DNA of 64,000 nt from NCBI GenBank assembly GCA_043228905.1, contig JBHGNT010000015.1:15872001-15936000 (forward strand), written 5' to 3'. Both the position numbers and the translations under genes were made by a program. This stretch comes from Azolla caroliniana (taxonomy: Eukaryota > Plantae > Polypodiophyta). Positions within the stretch are counted from its first letter, which is position 1; every line of letters begins with the position of its first letter. The notes beneath the pieces were generated by a model. That model made no database searches. It worked only from the letters and a program-made list of their open reading frames with translations, and was not told where the DNA came from. This document shows positions 25,869-38,797 of this stretch, piece after piece.

Positions 25869-27049
25869 TCCACACATTCACATTAATAGCCTATGCCACA
25901 GTGTTGACCCCGTCATGAGAAGTTACCCTAAGCCTATGCGACAAATTCTAGGGAAGAATAAATACCTTATTATGCACCCTAACTCGGAGCTATATATAGC
26001 TCTTAAGTCGATCCAAATGTTGGTATCCCTCATGGAGAGGGAATTGCGCCCACATTGTGACCAATGAGCGATAGTGGTTCGGTTTAGGCTTGAGTCGAGC
26101 CATTGCCGATTCCTAGAGGAGGTCATCACCAAATGGAACCCAATAGATCAACTACTTTTTTTCAAGCAACAAGCAAAAGAAAGGGTGTGTGACTACATTT
26201 GATGTACCAAAACCTTGCACAAATGACAAACACATGAGTAAGTTCATCGAAGGGCTATATAACCCCACATTACAACTTGTTAATAGATTGAACCTATAAG
26301 TCCTTTGTAAAAGTTTATTCAATAATGATGACCTTTGAGGATTCCATAATGGGCCTCTAAACACCTACTTTAACGTCTACCAATCCAAGGGAAGCCCTTA
26401 ACAATGCTCAACAAACTATGCACTACATGAGAACATTAGATGCTCCATTTGTCAAGGCCATCACATGGGGCATGAATTCCCATACTTCAACTAAAAGAAG
26501 TTGCAATAATGCTCATGGTGTAAAGTATTCATCATGCATCACCATGACACATGTTGGAAGGCACCTAATGGTAGGTTCAGATCAGGGCCACGAGTTCAAC
26601 ATTCTAAATCATTGCCTCTAGTGAATTGTCCATTCTCACAAGGAAATTTACCCCCACAACCTCCACTTCCACAAGTGGCAGCTTGGTTACCTAAGCTAGA
26701 ATGTGAACATTGAAAAATAAGGGCAAGCAACATTGGTTGCTAGTGTGCCTTGAGATAAAGTGCTTCATTAGCCAAGGTCCACACATGGTAAGTGAATGCC
26801 TTAGAGAACATGAATTTTATAATGTAGTTGTCCATTAACCATGCTAGAACCATAGAGGTATTTCATTACTAGCTACACATGAACCAACCAACAAGCCCAA
26901 GATCTATTTGTATGGTTTCAAAGAGAAGCCACATAGCCACATGCTCTAGATGTGGCACAGAACACCTAGTCCTTTATTGCTCGGAGAGAAAAAGAAAGTT
27001 GGTAGCAACTTATTAGTTGTACCATTGGAAGTTGGGGCAAACAATGTCA

Positions 27050-27790
27050 CTTGTGCTTAAAGCATAGTTCAAAATCGAGACAAACATGAGCAATGAACTT
27101 AAAATACATACAACTAGAAAAGGATGTTGTGGGATTCTAGAGTTGGTGGTCAAGGACCCATGGAATGATTGGTCATTTGGCATTGGGAAATCAATTTTTG
27201 TGGTGCACGCTAATGATGTGTACCATAAATTGGTTGAAGATAGAGCTTGGTTAGCAAATAAGGTTTTGGAAACATGGTGCATTACTCAACATGTAAAGTA
27301 GTGGCGTAGAGTTTTAGATGTAGGGTGGTAGTCTCATCTTCCATTTCGTGCAAAGGTGTTTCTTTGGCGTGCCATAGTTGGTGGGTTGTCTTTGGCGATG
27401 GCCTTAAAATGAACAAATATTTCGAATGGGACATATTTTTTTTTGTACAATGGTTGAAGAAGAGGCTAGACATAGGTTCGTTACATGTCCGATTACTAAA
27501 ACCATTTGGGTGATTATATAACAAATTTGGGCATTGAAATATTTTGTCAACTTATAAGTGGGGTTTTATTGATGATGATAAAGCTATGCCCACACCATCA
27601 TATAAGGTTGTGTTTGACTAACTTAGATATTAGGGGATGTGGTTTAATTGGACCATGAGAAATGGGTTCATGTTTGAGGGACTTCATGGGGTAACACAAC
27701 AACTCCGTAGAATGAAAGGGAAGTTGATTTGGCAATTTTCACAACTATGTTGTATGGGGGACTTATGCCATCTAGTTTTACAACACTTGA
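27050..27790 (+). mobile_element. degenerate L1-type LINE ORF2 3' fragment (zf-RVT)
   Basis: Plus-strand translation KVFLWRAIVGGL...CTMVEEEARHRFVTCPITKTIW across frameshifts. Confidence 0.6.
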
Positions 27791-27900
27791 GAGGGTTTCC
27801 CTTGCACTATCACTATTTATGAAGTAGTGACGATAGCAAGGGTTGTATTATCATCTTGTTTTAATCACAAACATTGATTTACAAAGAGAGAGTTAAGAGA

Positions 27901-28545
27901 TTTTTTTTACCGTCCATAATGAGGCCAAATTTGACCTATGGGACCAGAGTATACATGTGTTCTTGATAATATGTGTCTCCTTCCTAAGAAGGGGTATTCA
28001 TACATTGAAGCACAAAGTCTCTATGTGTGAATAAAGCATGTACACATATGAGCTCAACCTTCTTGGTGGTGGACTCTTAAGTATGGCACTTAAGTTATCA
28101 CTCCCTTTTAATATGTCAACAGATTTTGAACGAATTGCACTATATGTCGAGCATGTGAAGAGCAAGTGACATTCATCCTCTACCATGCCTTCATTGCATA
28201 CTTTGCATGTCTTCAAGTCCGTTACATTTTGATACCATGATGCAACTTCAATACCTAACTTGTGAGATCGAGTGCGAAGTAGTGTAAGGGCTCTACGAGC
28301 ATTACTACTCATATTGGTAATGAGATACTTAGGTTGGATACGATCAATAGGCATTCTTGCTTTATATTGAGACCAACATTCAGGGTTGACATTTGCAATG
28401 TAGTATTCTAGTTTTGTCCTTTTAGCATATACCCACTTCATCCTTAATGATTCCACCAACCTTTCATCAATCATTACATATTGCATAGCATTGCCCGAAA
28501 GCTCTAAAAGATTATCCACACCCCATCTTCTAAACCATTTCCTTA
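27901..28545 (-). mobile_element. 3' portion of an RTE-like LINE (C-terminal Cys/His motif, 3' UTR, short poly-A)
   Basis: RTRSHKLGIE...CKVCNEGMVEDECHLLFTC. T8 run at 27901-27908 is a poly-A on the minus strand. Same strand as the LINE at 46556-48940. Confidence 0.8.
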
Positions 28546-31545
28546 TGTAGACATGAGTCTATACAACAACTTCGGCGAAGAAACAGAAGCAGACGTCCTA
28601 TGGAAGAAGATCGGCTTCATGTTCGAAAACGTATTTCGAAAAATCATGAGGCTCCAGTATCAAGATGGCTCCAGTATGGTAGAGCACATCAATGCCTTCC
28701 AAGGATTGATGAACCAAACCAGCACTCTAGAAGTACCTCTGGCCAACCATAAGGCCTTAGTCACTGAAGGTGACACAATTTGGGGAAGAAGCCGAAATCA
28801 AAGTTCCTAGAACTGAGATAAGTCGGGCACCAGGTTGAAGTCAAGGTGGATACCCACGTGCTTCTATTGTGGGAAGCCATGGCACTTCTAGAAAAACTGC
28901 CGACACATTCGAAAGGAGAACGGGGGAGCTGATGGTGTAGAGCCGAAGAAAATCCTGGACAGGAAGAACATCTCAGCAATCGCCATGAGTGAGGAAGAGT
29001 TGTTGCTTATCAGTGAACAAAACGAAGTGAATCTCATTGGCAAAGAATCGACATGGGTGGTCGATTCGGGTGCATCGTTTCATCTAACCCCTGACCGAAA
29101 GTGCTTCTCATCCTACAGAGCTGGAGACCTCAGATCTGTAAAGATGGGAAATGAAGGAGCATGCCAAATCGTCGACATTGGAGATATGTGTTTGGAAACC
29201 TCAACTGGGTGTAGGCTCGTGTTGAGAGATTTACGACATGTACCGGAGGTTCGATTGAACCTAATATTAGCCGGTCGGCTAGATGATGAAGGCTACACGG
29301 GTAGCATCTGGAACGGTGTCATGAAGTTCTGCCGAGGAAGCCTGATCGTGGCTCAAGCTCAGAAGACCAACACATTGTACATAATGAATGCTCGAATAAA
29401 CTGAGGGGAAGCAAACATGGTAGTTGACACGATTGGTGAACTGTGGCACAAGAGGTTGTGCCACATGAGCCAGAAGGGGATGCGGAAGCTTGCCGAGGAC
29501 AACCTCAATCCGGAGGTGAAGAACGTGCAACTTGAGAAGTGCATTGATTGCTTGGCCGGTAAATAGAATCGAATATCTTCCAAATGAGGCCCCTGATGAG
29601 GAAGAAAATGCCACTGGAACTCGTGTATATGGATGTATGCTACGTGGACACGAAGTCGCATGGTGGTTCATAGTATTTCGTGACCTTCATTGATGACTGT
29701 AGCTGGAAGTTGTGGGCTTCCGTGCTGAAGACGAAGGATCAACTGTTATTCATCTGCAAAAACTTCCAAGCGAGGGCCGAGAGAGAAACCGGCCAAAAAC
29801 TGAAGGTAGTTCGAGCGGACAATGGCAGAGAGTACCGTGAACCGTTCGAGGAATATTGCTGAAATCAAGGAATCTGGCTCTAGTATACCGTGCCGAAGAC
29901 CCCAGAGCTTAATGGGTTGGCCGAGAGAATGAACTGGACCATAATGGAAAGAAGTATGCTTGCACATGCTAAGTTATTGAAGATGTTCTGGGCTGAGGCG
30001 TTGATGACGACATCGTATGTGATAAATCGATCACCCTCAATTCCCTTGGACAGTGATATCCCACAAAGGGTGTGGAGCGGCAAAGACATTTCGTACCGAC
30101 ATCCGGGGGTGTTTGACTGTCTTGCCTATGTGCATGTGCCAAAAGGGGAGAATTGAACCCAAAATCTCGGCCATGCATATTTCTCGGCTATGGCAATGAT
30201 GAATTCAGCTATCGGCTATGGGACTTAGCCGAGAAGAACGTGAGTAGGAGTTGTGACATTATCTTCATGGAGGAAAAGACAATAGTTGAATAGGAGATTG
30301 AGAATAAGTCTCCAACTACTGAATCGAACTGAGTCGACGCTCGGCTGAATCGAGTAGAAGCCGAATCGATCGAAATAGAATCCGAGCTAGTCGGCCGAGT
30401 TAACACTCGGCAAAATTGAGAACTGATTGAAGAACAAGGGGAAACGGTTGAACAAGGAACCGAATTTGACTCGGCCAAAGAAGTCAAAGAAGAACCAACC
30501 ATGCGGAATGGAGGTCGAAAATACCACCTAAGAGAAATGAGGACTCCCCGAAGATTTCCAGATGAAGAGCGTGTACTGCAAATTGATGAGGGGGACCCGG
30601 AAAGCTTTGAAGAAGCTAAGGAAGATACCCACAACCAAAAGTGGTTGAGTGCCATGCAAGAGGAGATGGATTCCTTGCATGAGAACTACACATATGAACT
30701 GATTGAACTGCCAAGAAGTAGGAAGTTACTTCGGAATAAATGGGTATACAAGTTGAAACTGAGAGATGGTGGGAATCCACCCAGGTACAAAGGACGAATC
30801 GTCGTGAAAGGCTTTCAGCTGAAGAAGGGTGTCGATTTTGACGAAATATTTTCCCCGATCGTAAAGATGACGTCAATTCGAACCGTGTTGAGCATCGCGG
30901 CCAGCTGGATCTCGAAGTCGAACATATGGATGTCAAGACTGCCTTCCTCCATGGAGATTTGGAGGAAGAGATATACATGCACCAACCGGAAGGATTCGTG
31001 GAAAAAGGTAAAGAAAATCTGGTATGTTGATTGAGGAAGAGCTTGTACAGTTTGAAGCAAGCCCCTTGGACATGGTACCGAAAATTTGAATCCTTCATGA
31101 TCGACAACGGGTACCACAAAACGCAGGCCGATCACTACGTATTTGTGAAGATATTCGACGAAGGAGATTTCCTCATCCTCATGTTGTACGTGGATGACAT
31201 GCTAAATGTAGGATGCGACCATACGAAGATCCGAGTGCTGAAGAAAGCCTTGAGCAGATTGTTCTCGATGAAGGATATGGGTCCGGCAAAGCAAATCCTA
31301 GGGATGCACATTGTTCGGGATCGAACAAAGAAATTGTTGTGGATGTTACAAGAAAAATACGTGACAAAGGTGCTCCAGAGATTCGGCATGGAAAGTGCAA
31401 AATCGGTCGGCTTGACACTGCTGTCAAACTGCAAGCTAAGCAAAGAACAATGTCCGAAATTGAAAACCGAGAAGGCCAACATGTCAAAAGTTCCTTATGG
31501 CTCGGCGCTTGGAAGCCTAATGTATGCGATGGTATGTACCAAGAT

Positions 31546-34500
31546 TGTTACGGGCATGACCATATAATATCTCGTGGTGAGAATTTACCGTAGTATTCTA
31601 TACACGTGGATAAGTGTGAGGGTTAAATGAGAGTGTAAAGAAGGGGAGGATTACTTTTAAATCCTCCGGATTGAGACAACCCATTAGGCCAAGTGTGAAC
31701 ATGGCTGGGGGCCTTGGGTATCGCTATAAATAGAGGCCAAGCTACTCTCATTTCATTATCTTGTTGACTACGTCGAGACTCTGTCTTGTGGTGGGTCAAC
31801 TCTTGTAGCGAGCGTGCCAGCACCAGGTACGACTCAACGCCATGTCGGTGGTATGGGACGCCGATCGAGGCTCGAATCCGTCTCGATCCCTTTGCTCGGG
31901 GGTGGTCGGGTGGATCGGCACCCTTCTTTCTCTCTATCCTTTCTTTCTATCTACCTAGATCTATCCTTATCTAATGCTTACTTTAGTACATGTCTCTAAT
32001 ATTTGGTATCCGAGCCTATGTACTAATGTTTCTTTTGTTGGTCTTATATTCTCGATGGATGGCGATGGATCGTTGTGCGGTTGGTCTTCATGCAGACAAG
32101 GATCAACAAGGAACTTCGGTAATCTTTCTTGCTATTTCCCATCTAATCATGTGTATGGTTAATATGTAGATTATTTTCATTAATTAAATGATGTTGTAGT
32201 GGTATTTAATTGGTTATCTAAAACACTTACATATGTGCACGAGGTCAATACCTCGTTTGACATATAAATAATATGTGATGAGTGTTGTATGCGTACGAGG
32301 TTAATACCTCAATTACGTATTACGTTCACGAACATATGTTACGTTTGCGTATGAGGTCAACACCTCGATTCGTTGTAAATGATATGCGTTTGGTCTCGTA
32401 TGCGTAAGAGGTCAATACCTCAATTGCGTATTACGATTAACTTTTATTTTTGGGTGTCTCGTGTGTGTAGAGCTATATGCCTCGATTACGTATCTCAATT
32501 ACGTCATTTTTGGCTATTAAATATAATGATTTCTTTAATATAGGCATATGTGGTCACGTGTATACGTAGTTGATCGTATATATGTGATAATATACATATG
32601 TGTATATAAGTTATAACGTGATTTTAAATCGAATGTTTTCCTTTTCGGGGAAAGGTTCTTGGTGGCCGTCCTCACATTTTTGTGTGAGAAATTGTGTTGT
32701 CACCATCCCTTTTTTCAACAATTTTTTATTGTTGAAATCCCCATTGGTGACTTCGATATTTCGTTACGTAAAGAAATGCCAATAGCCATAATGATGTTGA
32801 GTACGTAGGGTTTGACCCACTTCATGTGAGGTTGCTCTTATGACACACGTATCCAACATCCCTCCCTCATTCCATGGATACGATGCCACCATGAGATCAT
32901 TCTTACGAGTGGCATTCGTAATGATGTGACCATGTGATGGGCCACGTGGGCCTACTACGAAAAGAGGGCTCATTTGGCTTGACCATTAGGTTGCACTTTG
33001 GTGTATGCCATCGTAATTACGAGACTTGAGGTTAGGTAACGTACCAACATAGTTGTAGTAAATGAGGGCGAAATAAGGACTCTTGACATATATGTTTCTT
33101 TTAAAAAAACATATATGGGAAAATGCCTCGCATATCTCTTATACGCATGAAACATTAAACATTCAAGAAGAGTAACTTACTTGGTTGGCTCAAATGTTTA
33201 ATGTATTTGTTCTCGAGGTCTTGAGTTCAAATATGACCAAGACCATACAACATCGTTGATACATATGACTATAACACATGTTTAGACTTGAGGTCTAAGT
33301 GCACTTTGGGGTCCTCGTAATAGGACTTAAAGCACCGAAACATAGTTTATTGTTAACATTTTTTTCGTGTATAAACTATTCATGACGCGAACATACATGG
33401 TTGAGCCTCGGGGAGCCGCCATACAAAATCAATATAGAGATTAGGGAAAGAATTTCATTTGTCACCCCCATGGTTTTTAAAACACCTTTGTGTTACCATA
33501 GTAACCTGATCTTGAACCTCATCTCATACGTCTAGAGGGGTATTGACGTGAGATAATGATATCGATTAATGTTCGTCCATGATAGGTTTATATCACGACA
33601 TGATGTTATGACTATCTCTCTCACCTTATCCTATTTCTTTTCCAGAAATAATCATTTAATGGCTCAAAATAACGACCCGATGTCCTCTGCTCAAGCGGAA
33701 GGAACTCGAGGGAATCCTCCTGGACAAATGTCCATTGAGATGTACTTTTCGCAAATAACCCAATACCTTAGTTTCACCGCTCAATAGATGACCAAACTTT
33801 GGCAATCTCAAAGTGCTCTCGAGGCACGTGTCATTAGTCTACAACGTGAGACTAATAGACCTGATCAGCGACAGGGTGAACCATCGTTTGTTTGTAAGCC
33901 ATTTACGGGAGACAAAGAGGAAAGAACCGAAAAAGCAATTTGCACGTGGCTGGGTCGATGGGAGTCTCATTTTGAGCTCTATCCCACGCCAGATAGTACA
34001 AAGGTTGCATATGCCGGCCGAGAACTAGGGGTTAAGGCCGCCGCCTAGTGGCGTGGGCTCTGTACTTGGAAATTGCCCGATACCTGGACAGATTTTGTCA
34101 CAGTTTTCAAGGGCCAATTTCTTCAAGCTCCCTCTCGAACCAAGGCAGCACAAGCTTTAATGAACCTCTCTAGTCGGAAATTTTCCTCGCTAGAAGACTA
34201 TGTCCACCATGCTAGAACCCAAATCCAAAAATCGGGTCTAGAAGGGGACAACTACTTAATAGCTTGTTTTGTCAATGGCATCCCCAATTCAGACTATCAC
34301 TGGATAGTGCACGATAAGGATCCAAAATCCTTCGAAGAGGCCGTTGAAATAGTTCTTCACTATCAACGCACTTCGAAGAAGGAGCACAATAAACCCAACG
34401 AAGCGCCCGGGACTAAGCAGTCGCAATTCGCTGGGAAACGCAAGACACCCAATGAATTCATGGATCGCGATTGTAAGCGACAACATCCTTTTTGCGTATT

Positions 34501-37500
34501 CTGCAAAAAGAAGGGTCATACAAAAGAGCAATGTCGAATGCTCCAACGGAAAGAGCACGACAACAAAGCTAAAGCTCCAGACCATAAAGGTCAGATTCCT
34601 AATGTCCTTCAGGTCTATACACATCATTTAAGTAATTGTCAATGTTCTTTCCCTCACTATGTATTGGGTCCCAATGATTTACTACGTACAAACGAGTATA
34701 TCAATGGATCTCCAGTACAATTTTTATTTGATTTGGGAAACTCACACAACTTTGTGAATGATCGTTTGGTTCAAATATGGGGAATCCAACCCACCGTAAG
34801 TGATCACACTTACACGGTGCACTTGGCTGATGGAAGAGTACAATACATCAATGGGGCGATTCATTCATTAGGAATTTCTATTGACACTTATATAGAGGAA
34901 GTAGACTTCCATCTAATGAATCTTTGTACCACCGATGTAATACTAGGTTATCCCTGGTTTTATAATAAAAACCCTTCTTTATCTATTGATTGGGTTCATC
35001 ATTCAATTACATTTGTATTGAACGATTGTACTCATTTTATTCAATGTGTAAAAAAAACAATCCCTCTCGATTGTTTCCTCATGTCCATCAATATCCAAGT
35101 TGTCTTGTTCTACTCTATTTTATTGTGTACTTGATCCGGACATTCACGTTCACAATATCCTTAATGTCTCGGTTCAATTAACATATTTTGAACAACAACA
35201 ACTTGATGAAGTCTTAAATGATTTTCGTGATGTTTTTCCGAGTGAACTACCAGATGGTTTACCTCCTAAACGTAATATAGACCATCGTATAGATATTGTA
35301 CCTGGTGTTGCACCAATAAGTATACCTCCTTATCGCTTAAGTTGATCCGAAGAGGATGAGGTATCGAAGTAACTCAAGGACTATTTACGAATGGGTTATA
35401 TACGTTATAGTAAATCTCCATGGGGTGCACCAGTTCTCTTGGTTAAAAAGAAAGAGGGCACATGGCGTATGAGTATTAATTATCGACGCTTGAATAAAGT
35501 GACGATCAAGAATTTGTATCCATTGCCTCAGGTTGATGATCTAATTGACTGTCTCCAGGGAGCTCGGTATTTTACGAAACTTGATCTCCGTACTGGCTAC
35601 CATCAAATTCGTATAAGTGAGGACGATGTTCCTAAAACGGCATTTTGTACACGTTATGGCCATTATGAGTTTTTGGTTATGCCTTTTGGTTTGACCAATG
35701 CTCCGGCTACATTTGAACAAGAAATGAATGACATTTTCCGAGAACAACTTGGAAAATTTGTCGTTATTTTCTTAGATGATATTTTAGTTTATAGCCGTAC
35801 ATTACACGAACATGCCAAACATGTCCGCTTTGTTTTACAAACATTGCGTGACAAACAGTTTTACGCGAAGATCTCAAAATGTGAGTTCTTCAAGAAATCA
35901 ATTACTTATCTTGGACATCTCATAACCGAACGAGGAGTTGAAATTGATCCTTCTCGCATCGAGAAAATCAAGTTGTGGCCCACTCTTCGGAATATTCGAG
36001 AAGTTCGTTTATTCCTTAGTTTTGTCGGGTTTTTGCGAAAATCTCTTCGTAATTACTCCCAATTGACGACGCCGTTTACTGATCTTCTGAAAGGTCAAAC
36101 GCGTAAGTCTACAAAACCTATTGTCTGGAATGCTACACTAGACCTCACCTTTAAGGAACTCAAGGACCTGGTATGTAAGGCTCCTTCACTTCTTTTACCC
36201 GATCCTTCAGAACCTTTTGAGGTTGAAACCGATGCAAGCGATTATGCTATAGGTGTTGTCTTATATCAAGATGGTAAACCAATAGCATTTGAGAGTAAGA
36301 AACTTGATTCTACTCAATGTCGGTATACCGTTCAAGAAAAGGAATTATTTGCAGTTATACATGCGCTCAAAACATGACGCCATTATCTTTATGGAAATCG
36401 CTTTGTGGTAACTATGAACCACGAGTCCTTGAAATATTTTTGTGACCAACAAGACCTGAAAGGTCCTAAGGCACGATGGGCTGATCTCATCCAAGACTTT
36501 GATTTTTCCATACGATATCGTAAAGGTTCCATGAACACTGTCGCTGATGCACTAAGTCGCATCCATGAAGTTAACATGCTTAGCTTCACTGAAATAGCAT
36601 CAGATCTTTAGGATCACCTTCGAGGCAAGTATCTTGATGACAGTTATTTTGCAAAATAATGGGCAAGAGTTGAGTCTGGAACAGACACCACCACATCCTC
36701 GAAGGAATACTTCCACATTGCTAACGGTCTGCTCTACCGTAATGGGAAGGTTTGTGTTCCAGATTTACCCGATGTCAAAAAGAGGATTATTTTTTAATGC
36801 CATGATGCACCCTCAGCAGGGCACCCTGGAATACATCGTACACTCGTTCTCATCTCCACTCAATTTTATTGGCCTAAGATGTGCCCTAACATACATAGTT
36901 ATGTGACTAAATGTCACCAATGTCAGGTTAACAAAGCCGAGCGACTTAAAGCCGCAGGACTTTTACATCCCTTGGACATTCCCAATAATAAGTGGGAAAG
37001 TGGATTTTATTGTTAGCCTTCCTCGCACCCAAAAAGGCCATGATGACATCTGGGTTGTGGTTGATCGACTAACTAAAATGGCCAGATTTATTGCTACTAA
37101 AACCACGGTAACAGCTCTTGAATTGGCTTACCAATTCGTTGACGAGTTATTTCGTTTTTATGGGTTACCGATGGATATCGTGAGTGATCGAGATCCAAAA
37201 TTTACTAGTGACTTCTAGACGCAAGTCTTTAAGAAGTTAGAAACTACGTTGAGCATGAGCTCCATGTATCATCCTCAATCTGATGGACAAACAGAACAAG
37301 TAAATCAAAATTATTGAGGACATGCTTCGAGCATATGTTGGTGCAAAACCAACAAAATGGGAATGTTATCTCCCAATTTTGGAGTTTGCTTATAACAGCT
37401 CCAAGCATACGTCGACGAGATATAGTCCTTTTATGTTGATGTATGGTTTTCAGCCACGAGCCCCGATTGATGTTAATATACATCATGATGAGTTGCGAAG

Positions 37501-38487
37501 TATGCAAAACTTTCTTCGGGATATGCAAGATATGTTGCATATTGCACGAGATAATATAAAATAAGCTAAGATAGAGCACGTTTTTATGCCGATCATAATA
37601 GGCAACCTCGTGTATTCAACCCTGGACAGAAGGTATTTTTACGTGTACCTCACAATTCTAAGATATTGTCTACGGGTAAGTGCGCTAAGTTAGCCCCATG
37701 GTTTTGTGGACCATTTACAGTCCTCAAACGCATTGGGTCATCAGCCTATCGTCTCGCTCTTCTCGATGGTGTCAGAATTCATCCAGTCTTTCATGTGAGT
37801 CGTCTAAAAGAACTTCTAGGTTCTGGCGACAATACAGTTACAACTGAAATTCTAGTTACTTCTGAAGAATTATCTTCTAAATCACATGTACCAGAAAGAA
37901 TTCTCGATGTTAAAACAAAAAAATTATGTACTAAAGAAATTCGAGAATTTAAAATAAAATGGATGGATATAAAATCAATAAAAGATGCCACATGGGAACG
38001 CAAGAGTGCAATGTTTTAAAGAGGGGGAGTATGTTACGGGCATGACCATATAATATCCCGTGGTGAGAATTTACCGTAGTATTCTATACACGTAGATAAG
38101 TGTGAGGGTTAAACGAGAGTGTAAAGAAAGGGAGGATTACTTTTAAATCCTCAAGATTGAGACAACCCATTAGGCCAAGTGTGAACATGGCTGGGGGCCT
38201 TGGGTATCGCTATAAATAGAGGCCAAGCTACTCTCATTTCATTATCTTGTTGACTACGTCGAGACTCTGTCTTGTGGTGGGTCAACTCTTCTAGTGAGTG
38301 CGCCAACACCAGGTACGACTCGACGCCACAACGGTGGTATGGGACGCTGATCGAGGCTCGAGTCTGTCTCGATCCCTTCGCTCGGGGGTTGTTGGGTGGA
38401 TCGTCACCCTTCTTTCTCTCTCTCCTTTCTTTCTATCTACCTAGATCTATCCTTATCTAATGCTTACTTTAGTACATGTCTCTAATA
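31546..38487 (+). mobile_element. full-length chromovirus Ty3/gypsy element (LTRs 31546-32001 and 38032-38487)
   Basis: Two 456-bp LTRs, TSD AAGAT/AAGCT, PBS-Met TGGTATCCGAGCC at 32004, PPT AAAGAGGGGGAG. Gag CCHC (CVFCKKKGHTKEQC), PR, RT (FLDDILVYS), RH ([10 protein letters not shown]), INT and chromodomain (PERILD...FKIKW...DATWE). Confidence 0.97.
33659..38019 (+). pseudogene. chromovirus gag-pol (gag-PR-RT-RH-INT-chromodomain) with stops and frameshifts
   Basis: ORF fragments 34073-35134, 35391-36377, 37000-37218, 37322-37564 and 37666-38019. Confidence 0.92.
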
Positions 38488-38797
38488 AAGCTGGACATAG
38501 GATACGCAGTCGGCGTGGTTAACCGATACATGAGCAACCCTGGAAGAAAACATTGGGTTGCCCTGAAGTGGATACTTCGGTACCTAAAAGGCACCTCGAA
38601 CATGTGTCTTTGTTTCGGTTCGGGTAACCCCACACTGAAAGGTTATACTGACTCGGACATGTCGGCTGATGTGGATACCAACTGATCCACGTCCGGGTAC
38701 ATAATGACTTATGCAGGGGGAGTTGTTTCGTGGCAGTCAAGGTTGCAGAAGGCCGTGGCATTTTCAACCATGGAAGCCGAATATATGGCCGTAGTGG

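Noticed and set aside
25869-27050. Possible host gene exons
   Set aside because: Only short ORFs without motifs; likely highly decayed TE sequence.
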